Source: Balanoglossus misakiensis (lineage: Eukaryota > Animalia > Hemichordata). From it: a stretch of 64,000 nucleotides of DNA. Location: the NCBI GenBank assembly GCA_040954595.2, contig CM082577.2:13461903-13525902 (forward strand). The letters are read 5' to 3'. This document shows, piece by piece, positions 1-12,442 of this stretch (the stretch's first letter is position 1; every line of letters begins with the position of its first letter). The notes under the pieces were generated by a model. It was given only the letters and a program-made list of their open reading frames with translations. It did no database searches and was not told where the DNA came from. The translations under genes were made by a program, and so were the position numbers.

Positions 1-565
1 CTCGGCATCCAGAGCAGGTACAGACTTGGCGTTTGGAGGGTTGGGACTAAAATTGAAAAGCCAAAATATGGGTCACCTGTGACACCTGCATATCTCATTA
101 ATTATGTGCATACCTAATTCCAGGCTAACCAATAGGGCTATAGGTTTGGTTTTTGTTGAACATGGACCAGTATAGGGTCAAAATTTCTTGCCCAAATTTT
201 GCATGACCTCAGGTGACCTTTGACCTACTTTTCCATATCTTGGCATCCAGAGCAGGTACAGACTTGGCGTTTGGGGGGTTGGGACTAAAATTGAAAAGCC
301 AAAATTGGGGGTCACCTGTGACACCTGCATATCTCATTAATTATGTGCATACCTAATTCCAGGCTAACCAATAGGGCTATAGGTTTGGTTTTTGTTGAAC
401 ATGGACCAGTATAGGGTCAAAATTTCTTGCCCAAACTTTGCATGACCTCAGGTGACCTTTGACCTACTTTTCCATATCTTGGCATCCAGAGCAGATATGC
501 TTATTGCTATGTTGCTATGTGCTATGTCCTCAAATGGGACCACAGTGTCCTTGACGCTATTTTTT
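1..565 (+). mobile_element. 3' part of a HINE/Helentron-type non-autonomous element with 238-239 bp internal tandem repeats
   Basis: GGCATCCAGAGCAG recurs at 4, 242 and 481. The unit is the reverse complement of the subrepeat in the 54.6-63.1 kb array. It ends ATGGGACC-ACA-GTGTCCTTGACGC-TATTTTT, matching the 3' end of the element at 22849-23452. Confidence 0.7.
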
Positions 566-733
566 TCGGACGGTCAAAGCTATGAAGGCACATTAAATCA
601 GAGTGATGTGTGAAATACAGGAATGATAAAAGGAAACCCATTCCTTCGAATTTCACCACTTCGTGTTCGTTCACTGTACGAATCACAACGCCGTCTCGCT
701 CTCCATCAAACGTATTCAAACCCTCGATCGACG

Positions 734-883
734 ATGTCTGCCCCACCAGCGAAGCGTAGAAGAAGAGAACTTACTCTTTCTGATAAGATTAAGCTTATCA
801 AAGAGGCCGAGTCATCATCGCTGACGATGAAGAAATTAGGCGAAAAGTATAACATCGGAAAGTCAACCGTGTCCGACATCATC
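734..883 (+). mobile_element. Tigger/pogo transposase fragment (CENP-B N-terminal HTH_psq-like domain only)
   Basis: MSAPPAKRRRRELTLSDKIKLIKEAESSSLTMKKLGEKYNIGKSTVSDII matches the KR..LTL.DK..II...LA..Y.IGKSTV.DI pattern of Tigger/jerky/CENP-B N-termini. No second HTH or DDE domain follows. Confidence 0.75.
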
Positions 884-1936
884 GTGTCCGTTTTGTTGTT
901 GCTATGTGTGCGGGTCGTACCAGAGTCCGGTGTTGACAGGTTTTACTGTAATTTATTAAGGATTTTTAGCTATTTTGTCAAAATGTTTTCAAAAAACCTT
1001 GTTTTTCGGAAATTTGGATTTCTATGTCATGTTTTAAGGTAATAACAGTATTTTAACATTATGAGCGTGAGAACTATACGGGCAAGTTCACAAAAATTAG
1101 AAATTTAAGTACGCACGTGCGTGGCTGAGATTGATTTATATTTGAGATGTCTATTTGTGAACTGGTATTTGACACATCTACATGCGTTCATAGCTTGGGT
1201 TCAATCAACAGTTCTATGAAATGTTGATCAATTGTATTTTGGTTTGCATTGTAACTTCGGCACATCAAAACATCACTGAAATTCTGTAAGGCAGCAGATA
1301 GTGTTCAATAGTGCTGGTCCCACAATGTTTGCGTGGCATGACATGTATTTCGCCAGTCGTCACATTTCTCTAAAAACTTCTATGGGGCTATATTGTTACA
1401 AAAATGAAAATTATACAATCTATGTGAATGTTGAGTTATTTAATGTGTCACAGATGTATCAATGTTTTGGTACCTCGAATAGGTGGTAGGTAGGTTGATA
1501 TTTGGGTTGATTGAGAACTACAGTTAGTTATATTTATTCCATAAAGGTTTTAAAGTCCACACCCATTCCAGCGCATTACAATTTCTGATGATCATCAATG
1601 CCATAACTGCTATGAATGTTGTTTTTTCTGAAAAAGACAATATTGTCAGAACTTTGATTAAACGTATTTTCTTTTAATTGTCATTTCACAGTTATAACCC
1701 AGCCACGGTGAAAAACTAATGATAAACAGTGGAAGATTGTTAGCACTGTTTGAAAAGAATTATATTACAACCATACTTCAGATAAATGTTTAACTTTTGT
1801 GTGTTTCCCGGTTTGTGTTCGGTTCTATATATACATAGTCCGGGTAAACATCTTTATCATTTAAACGGTGTACTTATATTCCTTTTATATACCAAATCTT
1901 TCATTTTAAGATGGGGTCGTTTTTTCTTATCTGTAG

Positions 1937-4245
1937 ATTCTGGGTCATTTAGTGTCGTTGCACGAAAGGACAGAACTGTGGCGGTGGTTGTGAAGTTGGC
2001 TGATCACCCGTATATTGACTTGGCATTGGCTAATAGCAACCATTATGACATGTATAACTTGCGCGTCTCAGTGGATGGAGAAGTCCCACGCTTACAATCT
2101 TCACATTCACAGATTGTACCCATTCATGAGGGATTATGGCATGTCATTATTTTTGAGAATGTAACTTGTGGTATGTCTGATAATTACACCTTTACTGGTA
2201 GTTACATGCAAGATGAAGAACCAAAATCTGAAGGGACACACTTTTCACTGGAATCCAAAGGTAGTGTTTAGGTATTCATTTTTCCAGACTTATGCAAAAC
2301 ATTAAACTATAGGAGAAACCGTTTTTTTCTAATGTAAGGTTGTGTCAGACTGCAAAAAATTGAATTTAAAGGGGAACAGCAGTGAACTAGACCCGATTTT
2401 ACTCTTTTAAAGATCAGTGTGTTTTACTTTACAGAGGACTCACAGGTGAATATAAGCACCATTAACACACCACGGTCGAATGGTGATGTTGCAGTTTTGT
2501 CCTGCAACGTATCCGACTATTTTCCACCACAATGGTTTTTTAAAGGACGTCCCATACAGGTACTTTCAATCATGAATAATGTCATTTCTTACAAGCTAGG
2601 ATTGATGCTATCAGCTATGAAATTCGGTTCTCGCTGAAAACACGCTTCATAAACTGTGTGTATGTGTTACTCTCCTTGGTGATATTAATTGGTGCAATGG
2701 CTAAAGTGTCCGTATTTTACTTAGCGTTATGTTTCTGTAGACCTCAATCCCCCAGAAGTTTCTGGTCATGTCTGTTTTCTTGGACCATAGTTTCGTTTCT
2801 GTTTATCCACCATGTAAAGTAATAACTTTTATTATTTTCATAGCGTGACGAGCAACACAACATAACTACCATTAGTGACTCAGAATCAAGGCTGACCGTG
2901 TCAAATTTCTCAACCATGAACGCAGGCCAATATTCATGTGTTATTAACAACGATTGCAATGATGCAGTCAGTTCCACTATCAGTGTAGCGGTCCCAGGTA
3001 AGCAAAAGATTAAAGTTGTAGGTCACCAAGGGTGATTAGGCAAAATAAACAAATATGTGCTGTTCCGATTACATTTTTTTTTCAAAAATAGGGTATAGTT
3101 ATGTAGGGAAATTGATTTATTTTGCAATTTTTTTTATTTCTCTGGCCGCCATAGTGTTGGAAATGACGTCATAGTTCTTGCATGGTGCACGCGATTTCGT
3201 TATAGTTCTCGCGTGATTCATGCGATTTCCATCTATTTCAAGTTATTATTTTTACTAACGAAGCTCTAAAAAGTTTAGGGTAGGAGAGTTAATCGTCGGT
3301 AGGTCGGGTAATCGGAACAGCACATTTTTTTGCCAATATTGCATTTATACCTCTTGGGAGGATGGTTAACCTGTAGAAGTCATTTTAACCAACCACAAGT
3401 GATGTGTTTTCGCTTTAATCAAAGAAGAGAATGACTTTTAGTCCGTTAATATGATTCTCAATAATGCTTATTGAGGGAATAATTCCCAATAACAGCATTT
3501 GCCCGCTATATGTATACGCTAGGTATTATGAGGCTTGTTTGTGACTGCAGATTGACATATATGTATACCCTTCTTGTCCCAGTTTCAAAACAGATGTCTG
3601 TTGATGCTGATATATTACTTCGCCCAGCGAAATATGGAGATACTGCAATGTTGGTATGCCAGGTCACTGGTACTGTTGCATCAATAGAATGGGAGTACAA
3701 AGGAAGAGTCTTGAAAGTAAGTGGAAAATACAGAGAAATGTGTCTTTTTGAAGATGTTCCGTAACCTAAACGGTCAACCGTAAAGGGAACATGAGATTAT
3801 GCGATTTAAATGATCTACTCATACCCTATGCCGTTAAACATATTGGGGGTTTCGAATGCAAATTACAATGCACAATGCACGGCTGTGAATACTTTTACAT
3901 ATAAGTATTTTAATTGGATGAACCTTAAATATAGATGTTTTAAATTTATGCAAATTGAACAAATTTCCTGCATGGTAAATACATATGTTTTCCTCCCTTA
4001 TAGAACAACGGAAGAATCATGATATCGTATAACGGGGTAAGCGCGTCAAATCTGACAATACAAAATATCACGCAACGTGACATCGGAAAATATTCGTGTA
4101 GATACCAAAACAGCAATACTGGAAACGGCAACACGCTAGTTTCCAATGTACATGTTCGTGTAGATGGTGAGTCTTTTATTTAAAATTCATTTGCACATCT
4201 ATGTATGTATGTATGTATGTATGTATGTATGTATGTATGTATGTA

Positions 4246-4297
<52 letters not shown>

Positions 4298-4362
4298 CGT
4301 GTGTGTGTGTGTGTGCGCGTGCGTGCGTGCGTAGGTACGTACCTACCTACCAACCTACCTAC

Positions 4363-4411
<49 letters not shown>

Positions 4412-6262
4412 CATCCATCCATCCATCCATCCATCCATCCGGCAATGTGGCTGTCTGTATGTCTGTCTGCCTGTATGTGCCTATACTTTTATGAGAGCCT
4501 GCGTTCAACATACATTTAGACGAAAAGTCAATAGTGTAAGACAATTCCAACTGTTCACGCCAATTCACCCTGTTGCGATTACTGCGACATATAATATGAT
4601 CTATTTATTGATGATTTCAATAACCGCATATATGTTTCTTTATAATTATTCAGACGATATTTCTGACTCTACTCGGGGCCCCTCAACTCAAACACCAACA
4701 ACATCAGGTAATGCGGTTTTGTCAGTTAAAAATCATACTGATTGTTTATTACCCAATTACTATCGTCAACCCTTAACCAACACATATTTTGTAAAAATAA
4801 ATAAAGTTAATTACTTAATTTATTCAAAAAAATAATTAATAAGTAAACAGAAGGGCATAAACTGTGGCAACATCAGAAAGATTAAACAGTATATTACTTT
4901 ATTAGCGTGCAAAAATACAAGATACTTGTAGTGATCTTGACTTAGTGTTCCATAATCTCGCATCATTCTCTATTTCATTTAAATTGCTTTGTCGTATTTG
5001 TTATAAGTGTATAACGATTGTAAATATTTGTTCATTCATAGCACCATCTGAAATGCACATTTGCCTTTAAGAGATGCATTATGTTTCTATTCGTAGATTG
5101 TGTAAATACAACAGAGCCTGCGTGTCATTGTGGTAAGTATCTACAACATCTGAAGGAAACAGAGCGAAGTATTCATACTATTCCTGCTTCCAGGAGCGAT
5201 GCATGACTTCAGCAACGTCTCGTAAATCTGTAACAGCCTCCACGCTATGTAATTACGCGGATGATAACATAGTAGTCCCCATGTCAAATAGAGAATAGTT
5301 CAGTTTATTCTTTATGGAGCCACTTGTCGCCGGAAGCATTCCGGTTTGAACATAAGAACGGGTGTGTAGGCCCTAAAGAAAAGCATTTCTTTACTTGCAA
5401 TCATTTAGGAAAACTATAACGTTTACATGCATCATTTGCAAATATAATCACAAATTAATACAGATCAGCGCAGATAACAGAGAAACCACATAAGTCCGTG
5501 AGAGAAAGATCTATAAACCAAGGTGTTCCGGAAATATTAATGATTTACTGCCATTATATGTGAATCTCTAGGTCAGAATAGAAAGTTGTCACACACTCAT
5601 GACAAATAACTGGAATGCAGTATGAATGTTACATTCATCTTGCGTTTGATTTTATTAAAAGTAATGCAAACGTATTGTTAATTTCAGAACGACCAGTCAC
5701 GTATCCGACAGCAGCTATTGTCATAATTGTCGTCCTTTCAATTATTATTATAGTACTATTGGCGGTACTATTCGGTCTTCTGTGCAAAAACAAAATCAAG
5801 CATTTGTGTTGTAAACCAACAGAACCATGTACGCCGTTTGAGTTGGTGAGTAAAGTAAACCACGAGGGACTGTGTGTAAACGATTGTTTTGCTTGGCCGC
5901 CTATTGCTTTACTCAAATATTTACTCTTAAAAAACATGTCACAGATAAAATTGTTTCAAGAGTTAAATCTATAGTCTTTTCCCTTAAATCAGATGTCTTG
6001 AAATGCAGATGAAGCATGTCTACAAAGGGACAATCAGTTTCTCTATATTCCCACAAGTCGACAGCATTTTAACTCTCATAGAGTTATGTTTATGAAAAAC
6101 GAAGTCGAGATGGCTAGGAACAATTTTTTTTCTGTGTCCAAATGGCGCATGACTTTTTACTGATTGCGTGGGTAACATGCGATTGGTATGTGTTCTTTTC
6201 CTTGATAGGAAACACTGCAGACTCCGGTGCACAACGCCAATCGCCAGAGACCAGACCACTGA
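1937..6262 (+). CDS. Gene A: Ig-superfamily type I membrane protein (atypical Ig-like domain, 2 I/C2-set Ig domains, S/T stalk, TM, about 40 aa tail); signal-peptide exon not securely identified
   Basis: Phase-compatible GT-AG exons: 1937-2260, 2435-2559, 2844-2997, 3583-3716, 4004-4166, 4654-4707, 5097-5132, 5688-5845, 6209-6262 (last exon tentative). Ig motifs AVLSC..QWFFKG/LTVSNFSTMNAGQYSC and AMLVC..IEWEYKG/LTIQNITQRDIGKYSC. TM AAIVIIVVLSIIIIVLLAVLFGLL followed by CKNKIK. Confidence 0.85.
3039..3334. mobile_element. MITE with GGC...GCC termini (Zator- or Harbinger-like) in a gene A intron
   Basis: Imperfect terminal inverted repeats GGCAAAA..ATGTGCTGTTCCGATTAC / GTAATCGGAACAGCACAT..TTTTGCC, about 300 bp, non-coding. 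Confidence 0.6.
4200..4440. repeat. Compound microsatellite (ATGT)n(GT)n(GC)n(ACCT)n(ATCT)n(ATCC)n
   Basis: Read directly. It explains the spurious MYVC/YLSI ORFs. Confidence 0.95.
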
Positions 6263-8789
6263 CAATACAATGAATATCAGAAGCACGGGCAGTTGACAGA
6301 AATGGGACATTTACAGCAACACGCATCTTGATAAAGAATACTTTGGAATACGATATTCCTTTACCTTGCATATAGAAAAGCTATCATTAGGATTTTAAAC
6401 TCACTCTGAAATTATTTTTTACGTTTAAAAAGTAAGTTATGACATTCACTTTGGGTATATAACCTTTGAATATGAAATTTGCAGTCGTGAAACTTGTAGT
6501 CGTGTAACTAGACTTGCTCTAAGTCTATGGGCTTCATTCTGTGTAGGGCACGCGTACGACGCTACCCGAAACCACAAGCTAAGTCCCAAATTCGAAACTC
6601 ACCTCACTACCAAAAACACGCTCAAGGCAATCATGCACACAAAAATTATTGCAATTATTTATTCAGACAAAAAACACCGAAAACACAAAAGTATTGAGAT
6701 TTAAAAATCACCAAGCGGGCTACTCTATCGTGTAACCTAATTTACTAAAAGTTTGCGCAGGTAAGCACGAGGTCCACTACCTGTTCAGACGCCGATGCAT
6801 GTTTTGAGTCGATTGTGTTAACAGATGACTCGTAATTTAAACTCTTTTCACGCTAGCTCGTGCTATGCGGAGTAATTTGTTCAGAGTAAAAGAGAGAGGG
6901 AAAAAAGATGGAGTGAAAACTCGAGAAAGTTCATCACCATGACTTTGTTTGAGCAAAAGATGGATCGCCGCTCAACAAAAACGTTGTGAACCATATTCCA
7001 GAAATGACATCCTGTTAGAGACATTTCAGCGATCTTGCGGACTGAGTTTCGTGAGGATTTAGAGCTGACTTTTGGTATTACATCGAACTAACACTGAGGT
7101 AGGAAATATCATGTGGCCGACCGACCGAGCTACTGTACTGTTAGTGTATGCCATAAGCAGCGACTCCAGCTGTGATCATTTAAATTTATCGACGGGACTA
7201 TTGTCGACAGCCCGTCGCTGGATGCAGAGACATTGTCGATCTTTTACGGTGAGACTTGTTCGTGTGTAGGCGATCCATGCTCATAATAGAGTCACAGTGA
7301 GGGAATTCTCGTAGTTTGAACTTTGGCTTCATGTTATAAACTTTTGACAGTCACTGAGACAGAACGTTACGAATGTCAGTTTATATAGCCATTCGTGTTA
7401 GAGTTATTGAGTGATGCAACAGTTCAGGACACTCGCCGAGTGCTGAGACAGTTTAGTATTTCCAGCATATAGAACACATTGATTCTGAAGAGGAATTATT
7501 CAGTGAGAAGCCATAGACTGCTGTGTGTTGGCCATACAGAATTGCCTTTGTGTTATGCGGACTCATTGACACCGGAATCTTGCACCAAGGTTTGCTGTGT
7601 GCCTGATGTGAATGCTGCTACGTGTGGAAACCTGACTGAAGTACAACTGCGTTTGTTGGACTGTGTACCAGTGGATCAGTTACAGCCGTTGACTTCGTGG
7701 ACAGTTCACAACTTGCTACACTGGGAACATTTGTATCTTTTTCAATACAAATAAGTGTTGATTTTCAGAGTTTGTAAAGTTCATGAGCGCACTTTATTGT
7801 TGGTAGATTTATGACAATATACCAAAGTGTTCAACATTACATCATGTGCGTGTCGTGTGTGATTTCCATTTAAGTACCTCTTTTGTCCTCACATTGCAGT
7901 GCAAACTATGTCAATCAAATTCAACGACCCTACCCCCTGTAGATTTTTGCTGGGTAATCGCTTACAGTGATCATTACCGTGAAGTGAGTCCTACATTGAC
8001 AAGACGAAACAAAGCAATTTATACCAATCAAATTTTACACATGCCTTACGTTTCTATAAAGTATTACATAAAACTTGACACTACCCACAAGTATATGTTT
8101 TTCTTATAATTTTCGCTTGAAACTCTCATCTATCCCCCGAAACGAAATTTTCGTCAAAAACCAAATGGAAAATGTTTGACTGAAAGTAGAAATGTAAGAT
8201 AACACAAGATAGGAAACGTTGAGTGGTAGTGGTAGTATGTAGCGAACGGTATGGATCCATCCAAATTTATTAATATTTTATGAGTCATTTTAAATAACTA
8301 GTCTTTTCTACGTATTTTTTTGTATTTAAATAACGGTTAACACTGCCAACATCAAAATTCAATACATTTATTTTTTATCGGGTGTTGACAGCATCATTTG
8401 AATACAATGGTCATCCTTTCTAGTCAAGGAGCAGGTGGTTATAGTAGGCGTGGTGTGGGGGCTTTTAAATGATGACCGCAATTTCAAGAGACTGACGTCA
8501 CCCTATTGAAATTGGCAGAATGATTTCACGATTGAAAAGTAATGAAATACACGGTTAAAAGACAACTGTACACAAAAGGCAAACCGCGCTATGCATCTAT
8601 AACTGTTCAAACAATCACAGTATTGTGAATGGCAATGTGCCAGGCCAAAGTACCACATATTTAAGAGGGGAGGAACTAGTTTACGATATTAAAGGAAGAC
8701 GTGATGAGGTATTTCATTGATTCAACTACCTCCTGGGGGCGCTGTCATTGCAAGGCAGTAGAGATGTTCACAAAATACTAGTACCGGTA

Positions 8790-9490
8790 CTATTGAACTG
8801 TGCGTATTGCCAATATGCGATGAACATGTGACTGAAGGAAACCAGTTCTTCTGACAGCCCGTTGACAAGTTCTCGAATGGTACCAGTCATTTGCACAAGG
8901 CACTTTTTTCTTCTTACTCTCTGGTCCCTCACATACACTAACACTCTCCCATTTCAGCCAACAGGTTTGTTTCTCTATACATGATAATGGCTCTAGTTTG
9001 TCTTTCACACGCTGGACTCCACACTTCTGTCATGCTCTGTTGATACAGCCAAGATTATGGTGTCTGCTGTCAGCTTCTTTTGCACAAAGACTCATCTCAA
9101 CTGCATCATACTTATTGTTGATTCTCATTTTTGACAAGTTAAATCCGGTAGCCAATTTAGTGACTTCAACTCAATGTTCACACAATATTCACATAAACAT
9201 TGGTTAAGTTTTTGGCGTTGTTGAACCCTGACATTTTTTTACCTCAATTCACAGAACTTGGAAAGCCCAACTTGATTTTCTGGATTTTCCTGGACCACTG
9301 CTTGTGAACATTTTTCAGTAATTTATTCAGAATATGAGTCTGAAGCGATGTCCTCTTACTGACAGTGTTTTTTTCCTGGTAACTGAACAGACACATCTGT
9401 GCGAATATAGAAATCATGTATTGATTTTTTAGCAGTGCATGGCACACTATCAGATCTTTGCCTTTTCTCCAAAGTATTGATGGATGAGGC
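8790..9490 (-). mobile_element. Decayed DNA transposase, N-terminal and Cys-rich region (Sola2-like)
   Basis: Joined across frameshifts and stops: RRQRSD..IHDFYIRTDVSVQLPGKK..TVSKR..VGLSKFCELR..QCLCEYCVNIELK..SLCAKE..HNLGCINRA*QKCGV..WLKWESV..LVQMTGTIRELVNGLSEELVSFSHMFIAYWQYAQF. I recall this motif order from Sola2-type transposases; not checked against a database. Confidence 0.6.
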
Positions 9491-9491
9491 T

Positions 9492-9955
9492 TTAACCCTT
9501 TGACCCCCATTTCAGAAAAATAAGGCCTGCCTATTGTCCCTACACTGAATCCCCATAGCGGAATTAAACGGCCGAGCGCCACCATGAGTCCAAATCCCAA
9601 TGCGGAATTAAACGGCCCTTCTGTTTCCGTCAATCAAAACATTAATTAGTCGTTTCCTGAAAGCTATTGGATGTTTCACTTTTCAAGGTGGGAAACTTTA
9701 GTTTCTAAGCAACAGAACTGTAGTGACCGGACCATATTTGGACAGAATGATTTATGGCGGGAAAGGTTTTTCGCGGGCGATAAATCGACTTTCGATGATG
9801 AATTTTCCGGTCCGACTTACAACTTAGACTTTTCGAAGCAGCCGATTGACTTTTTTGAACTTTTTCTTACTGAAGATTTTGTTGAACTGTTAGTGCGGGA
9901 AACAAATGCTTACGCGGAATTCAAGCAGGAACAAGCCGGTCGCCGTGACTCAGAT
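9492..9955 (+). mobile_element. Truncated piggyBac element (left end plus transposase fragment)
   Basis: TTAA|CCCTT terminus at 9492, subterminal direct repeat GCGGAATTAAACGGCC x2, and peptide SGPTYNLDFSKQPIDFFELFLTEDFVELLVRETNAYAE, typical of PGBD transposase N-regions. Confidence 0.75.
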
Positions 9956-10659
9956 AGGTTTCTTCAATCAGGGACCCTTCAAAAGGATTCATATACATGT
10001 ATGGAGTTGAACTGGTCAAAATCTCGTGGTACACCATGGCTGGGGGTGTTTTATTGCTATTATATTATGCCAGTATATTGAAACTTTGCATAAAACATTT
10101 TTAAAAGGCATTTTCTTTGACTATGATATATGACTGTGGTATATGAGTAATATATCACGGTCACGTGTCGTGTCTCGACCAATAAAATAGCGTGATTTAC
10201 ACCATCAATATACTAGTATAATATAATTTAAAATAGTCACTGCTCTCTGGTCCATCATTTTCGGTAAAAGTGACCTGATTTCACATCAATAGTTTACCAC
10301 CCGTCATTTCAAGCTAATTTCATGTAGTACAAATCTCCCATACAACATAATGACATTTCTAGAACCTTTTTTGCTGGTTGCGCCCACACTAGTGGTTCTA
10401 AAAAGAAACTTCCATAACAACCTGTACACTTGACGCGTTCAAGTCAAGGCAGACCTAACCCATTCAAAATATTATGCAAATTAGGAAAAGACGCATGTGC
10501 ATTCTTTGCATCCCCAGAAACACACACAGGAAATCAAGCGAGTGCAGCCACTAGCTGGAAGAGCTGAATTCAATGCATTGCCTTGCGATGTTCATGATAC
10601 AGGGGGTGATGATCAATGAACAGAACAGCGGTGCGTTGTAGTGTACTGATCATTATCGT

Positions 10660-11295
10660 GGCCCCTACACGTCAATTTTAATTTATTATTTTGAAAGTTA
10701 AACTTTAATTTTTGATAGACAATATCTTTTCCCAAAAAGTAAACTTTAATTTTGGACAAAACTTTTGATTTTGACAGTAAAACTTTAATTTTACTTATCA
10801 CAATTTTTTTAGAGAACAAATTTTTATTTTTGGAAAGCAAATTTTATTTTTTCCAAGAATAATATTTCAATAAAGATTTATTTTGTCCAAAATAAACAGT
10901 AACAACTTATTCATAAACTTATTCATACTAAGTGGATTTTTTTTTCAAAAAGAAATGTTTTAATTTTTAAAGAAAAAGTTTATTTTGTAAAATAACAAAT
11001 TATTTTTCCCAGGTGAAAATGTTTATTTTACGGAGTTAAATTTTAATTTACATTTGAATAACCTTTAAACACTCGAGATAAAATATTTTGTCATGCATGT
11101 AAAAGAAATTCGCGCGCCGAAACCTGAATTGCGCCCTCATAACAAAGGTAGCATTAGAAAGAAAGCCCCATAAGTTGTGTTACTAGAAATCAGATTAAAT
11201 TTACCCCTGTAAAATAAAATTTTCACCCGGGAAAAATAATTTGTTACTTTAGAAAATATTTTTTTAAGCAATAAAAACATTTTGTTTTAAAAAGT
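10660..11295. repeat. AT-rich minisatellite plus about 100-bp inverted repeat (foldback-like element remnant)
   Basis: Recurrent AAACTTTAATTTTT units at 10680-10850. Arms at about 10945-11050 and 11190-11295 (ACAAATTATTTTTCCCAGGTGAAAA / TTTTCACCCGGGAAAAATAATTTGT). Confidence 0.55.
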
Positions 11296-11562
11296 TAAAT
11301 AATTCCATCGAGTACAGTTAGGTCTTGGAACACTGGCCATGCATTTCAATTCAAGGACAAAATGAATGCGCAAGATTTCGTTTTATCGAGAGTAATGTGC
11401 AGTGATTAAATTTGCTAGGGCTCTCTTAGCAGATTTGGAGTTTGTCATTTTTGGTAGAAACTTTTCAAAATGTGAAATCTTTTGTCATCTAACCAAGTTA
11501 TTTGTATTTTTCTTATATAAGACAGAGTTATTTCTACATCATAGATGCAAGCTTAATTTATA

Positions 11563-11675
11563 ACATGAATTTGAATAAAATATCTTTTCAAATATCACTA
11601 CATGAATTTGAATAAAATATTTTTTTAAATATCACCACATGAATTTGAATAAAATATTGTTTTTAATATCACCAG
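11563..11675. repeat. 3 x 37-bp tandem repeat
   Basis: ACATGAATTTGAATAAAATAT..AAATATCAC repeated three times. Confidence 0.85.
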
Positions 11676-12267
11676 ATGGAAATCTTTGGAAGTTTGCACT
11701 TAGAGGGACTGCATGGCAGTTTTCTCCTGTTCATATTACGAAGAATTTGGCGTCACGTGTAGGTTTCAGGAGTGTTCGAGTTTTGCTCTTCCCAGCCTCG
11801 TGCCCATAATCCTCTGATACTTACACTTACGTCAGTTCAATAGCCGCTGACCCACTAGATTCCCCTTATGAATTGCCCACATTATTTTTTGGTGTAGTTT
11901 TGATAGTTGGTGCACGGAAACTTTCGATCGATTCACGAAATTCAAAATATGTTACATCACAAACCTCATAAAATGGAGGCTAGAGTAGCCTGTTTGTTTT
12001 CAGGTAATTTTACAATTACCTCAGGGAGGGAGGGGCGGGGGGTTAAGAAAACATACAGATTGAAAATACAAAACGTTCTCTCAGTCATGATTCTAGACTG
12101 TTTCCATGTCATATGACATCTACAAAAATGTGATATTACCTTGAAAAGAGTCACGATTTCCAAAACTGGTTTGCGAATGTACTTAACATTGGAGCAATGC
12201 ATGAGTACATTCGTAAAAAGATATTGTTCCACTATTTACTGACATCATAGTGGCTGCCAGTTATTCT

Positions 12268-12442
12268 ATTTCTTGCGCAAGAGATAGTATCTTGTGCCAT
12301 GGAGATGTTTTCTCGTGTGCACAAGAAACTTGCTATCTCGTGCCGACGTGAAAATATCTCGTGCGCACGAGAAAAAATACGAGCGCACTCGTGTGCACGA
12401 GAAAATATCACATGAACACGTAGGTCGTGCGCACGAGATAAA
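12268..12442. repeat. Array of short palindromes CTCGTGCGCACGAG
   Basis: About 7 degenerate copies of the 14-bp palindrome, spaced 20-35 bp apart. Confidence 0.75.

Noticed and set aside
4201-4519. MYVC/CVCV/YLSI ORFs here and at 15454, 38512, 39665 and 48560-49072
   Set aside because: These are translations of microsatellites, not proteins.
6540-7970. Possible LTR-like segment after gene A
   Set aside because: Several TGT starts and ACA ends are possible, but no pair gives a matching TSD, so boundaries are unsupported.
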